From contig CAZRCS010000001.1 in the NCBI GenBank assembly GCA_964598645.1, positions 1 through 53,307 of the forward strand: DNA of 53,307 bases, in the 5' to 3' direction. The position numbers and the translations under genes were made by a program. The stretch is from an uncultured bacterium (GTDB lineage Bacteria; Fermentibacterota; Fermentibacteria; Fermentibacterales; JCC-6). Below the pieces are notes generated by a model, which was not told the DNA's origin, ran no database searches, and saw nothing but the letters and a program-made list of their open reading frames with translations. The stretch's first letter is position 1, and every line of letters begins with the position of its first letter. This document shows positions 52,146 through 53,307 of this stretch, piece by piece.

Positions 52146-52700
52146 ATTAAAAGAGCCGCTGTTCTCCTGACCATAGCAGTCATCCTAACGGCAGGATGCA
52201 GCTCTGCCCCTGTTTACCGGGGCAATGGTGTAAACTGCCGCGGCCCAATGCCTGCAACCACGGGAGCGGGGAGCGGAACAGGAACAGATGGAGGTGGAGG
52301 CCAGACAGCTACAGGTCCACCAAGCCCGTCAACTTCAATTGAACACAGAATGCAGACTGAGATAGACAGCTGGATGGGAACACCCTACGTTTACGGAGGC
52401 ACCACGAAGCACGGTGTAGACTGCAGCGCTTTCACCCAGGCAGTCTACAGGAGCATAGACATCGACATTCCAAGAAGAGCCTCCAGACAGGCGGCAGCCG
52501 CGCAGACCGTGTCCAGAAGCAATCTCCGCTATGGGGACCTTGTGTTCTTCAATACCTCTGGTTCAGGGATTTCCCACTGCGGTATCTACCTGGGTAACGG
52601 CGAATTCGTTCATGCTTCAAGCAGCAGGGGAGTGGTACGGGATCTTTTGAGCCACCCCTACTATGCAAGCCGCTTCGTCCAGGGTGGCAGGTTCCTGTAG
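52146..52700 (+). CDS. NlpC/P60 family peptidoglycan endopeptidase lipoprotein (non-canonical ATT start inferred)
   Basis: GVDCSAFTQAVY (catalytic Cys) and GISHCGIYLGNGEFVHASS (His). Upstream and in frame lies IKRAAVLLTIAVILTAGC, a complete lipoprotein signal with lipobox. There is no ATG/GTG/TTG between the in-frame stop at 52104 and the lipobox. GGGAGG lies 6 nt upstream of the ATT at 52146. The track ORF starts at ATG 52248. Confidence 0.75.
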   Translation: MKRAAVLLTIAVILTAGCSSAPVYRGNGVNCRGPMPATTGAGSGTGTDGGGGQTATGPPSPSTSIEHRMQTEIDSWMGTPYVYGGTTKHGVDCSAFTQAVYRSIDIDIPRRASRQAAAAQTVSRSNLRYGDLVFFNTSGSGISHCGIYLGNGEFVHASSSRGVVRDLLSHPYYASRFVQGGRFL

Positions 52701-52716
52701 CAATGGAAGGAACACA

Positions 52717-53307
52717 TTGAGAGTCCTAGACATAAATAACCTCTACTCTCCAACCGGAGGCGGAATAAGGGTTTACCACCACGAAAAAATGAAGTGGTGC
52801 CATGCGAATGGAATAGAGAACTTCCTTGCATACCCTGCTCCCGGCAACACGAGAACACCTATTAACGGCGGCATTGCAATTGGAATCAGATCTCCGAAAC
52901 TTGCCAACAGCGGCTATAATTTCTTCACAAGGGGAGAGCCTCTGCGGGAACTCATCAGGGAGATCAAACCCGATGTAATCGAAATCGGAAGCGGAATCGT
53001 CGTACCGCGAATGGTCAAACGGGAAATAGAAGATATACCGTCATTTGCCTTTTACCACTCCAACTGGCCTGAAGCCCTTCCCCTGAGCGTACTTGGAATA
53101 CAGAAGGGCCCCATTCAAACAGCGTTCAAAAGGTTTGCCAGCCCTAGAATGGGGAAAGGCTACAAACCCCTGAAAGCTGTAATGGCGGCAAGCGAGTATT
53201 CCCTGAAAAGGCTCAGGGAAGCAAGATTGACTAATCTGAGAAAAGTGCAGCTGGGAGCCGATCCTGAAATCTTCCATCCGAAACGAAGATCGCAGGAACT
53301 CAGGATT
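52717..53307 (+). CDS. Glycosyltransferase (GT4-like), 5' part only; runs off the right edge
   Basis: Absent from the ORF track because there is no stop. The TTG at 52717 follows GGAAGG. Translation reads (M)RVLDINNLYSPTGGGIRVYHHEKMKWCHANGIE..KPDVIEIGSG, a typical GT-B N-terminal domain of GT4 enzymes. Confidence 0.6.
   Translation, partial: MRVLDINNLYSPTGGGIRVYHHEKMKWCHANGIENFLAYPAPGNTRTPINGGIAIGIRSPKLANSGYNFFTRGEPLRELIREIKPDVIEIGSGIVVPRMVKREIEDIPSFAFYHSNWPEALPLSVLGIQKGPIQTAFKRFASPRMGKGYKPLKAVMAASEYSLKRLREARLTNLRKVQLGADPEIFHPKRRSQELRI

Overview
This is a compact, gene-dense chromosomal window from an uncultivated-looking diderm bacterium. I infer diderm from the lipid A and core genes lpxB, waaA, lpxK, an lpxL-like acyltransferase, GT9, gmhB, and one T9SS-type C-terminal sorting domain. 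I support about 55 protein genes and one tRNA-Gly(CCC). I saw no rRNA, CRISPR array, IS element or prophage.

Gene order:
- 5' end of a GatE-type amidotransferase (minus strand, partial)
- hpf-hprK-ptsH-ptsI, a PTS with no EII in the window
- a sugar nucleotidyltransferase, two GT4 genes and a Gx transporter
- DUF4321-tatA-mglA plus a novel Zn-ribbon membrane protein
- topA-xerC-[DUF2723 GT-C]-hslV-hslU
- a second mglA paralog coupled to a large STT3-like membrane protein
- dapF and tRNA-Gly
- a roughly 10 kb teichoic-acid-like locus: CDP-alcohol phosphatidyltransferase, tagD, four TagB/TagF-type glycerophosphotransferases, a second cytidylyltransferase, GT9 and DUF6165
- lpxL-like, polA, and a Thr-nucleophile 'sulfatase'
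- a signal-peptide 2x[4Fe-4S] ferredoxin carrying a T9SS-like C-terminal domain
- SpoU methyltransferase, sfsA, a core-only comEC, M42 peptidase, gmhB, an epimerase, ddl and ltaE
- Gfo/Idh/MocA-lpxB-(DUF374::waaA fusion)-lpxK, then nadB
- an NlpC/P60 lipoprotein that needs an ATT start
- a partial GT4 at the right edge

Most junctions are 1-, 4- or 8-nt stop/start overlaps, and every gene from 750 to 26064 is on the + strand.

The best candidates for undescribed biology are the two MglA-type Ras-like GTPases. Each is translationally coupled to a membrane protein rather than to an MglB/roadblock partner. One partner is a divergent STT3-like GT-C, and a second GT-C (DUF2723) lies between the two pairs. 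The exported ferredoxin and the poly(glycerol-phosphate)-type locus in an LPS producer follow.

All functional calls come from motif recognition by eye. No database search was run.
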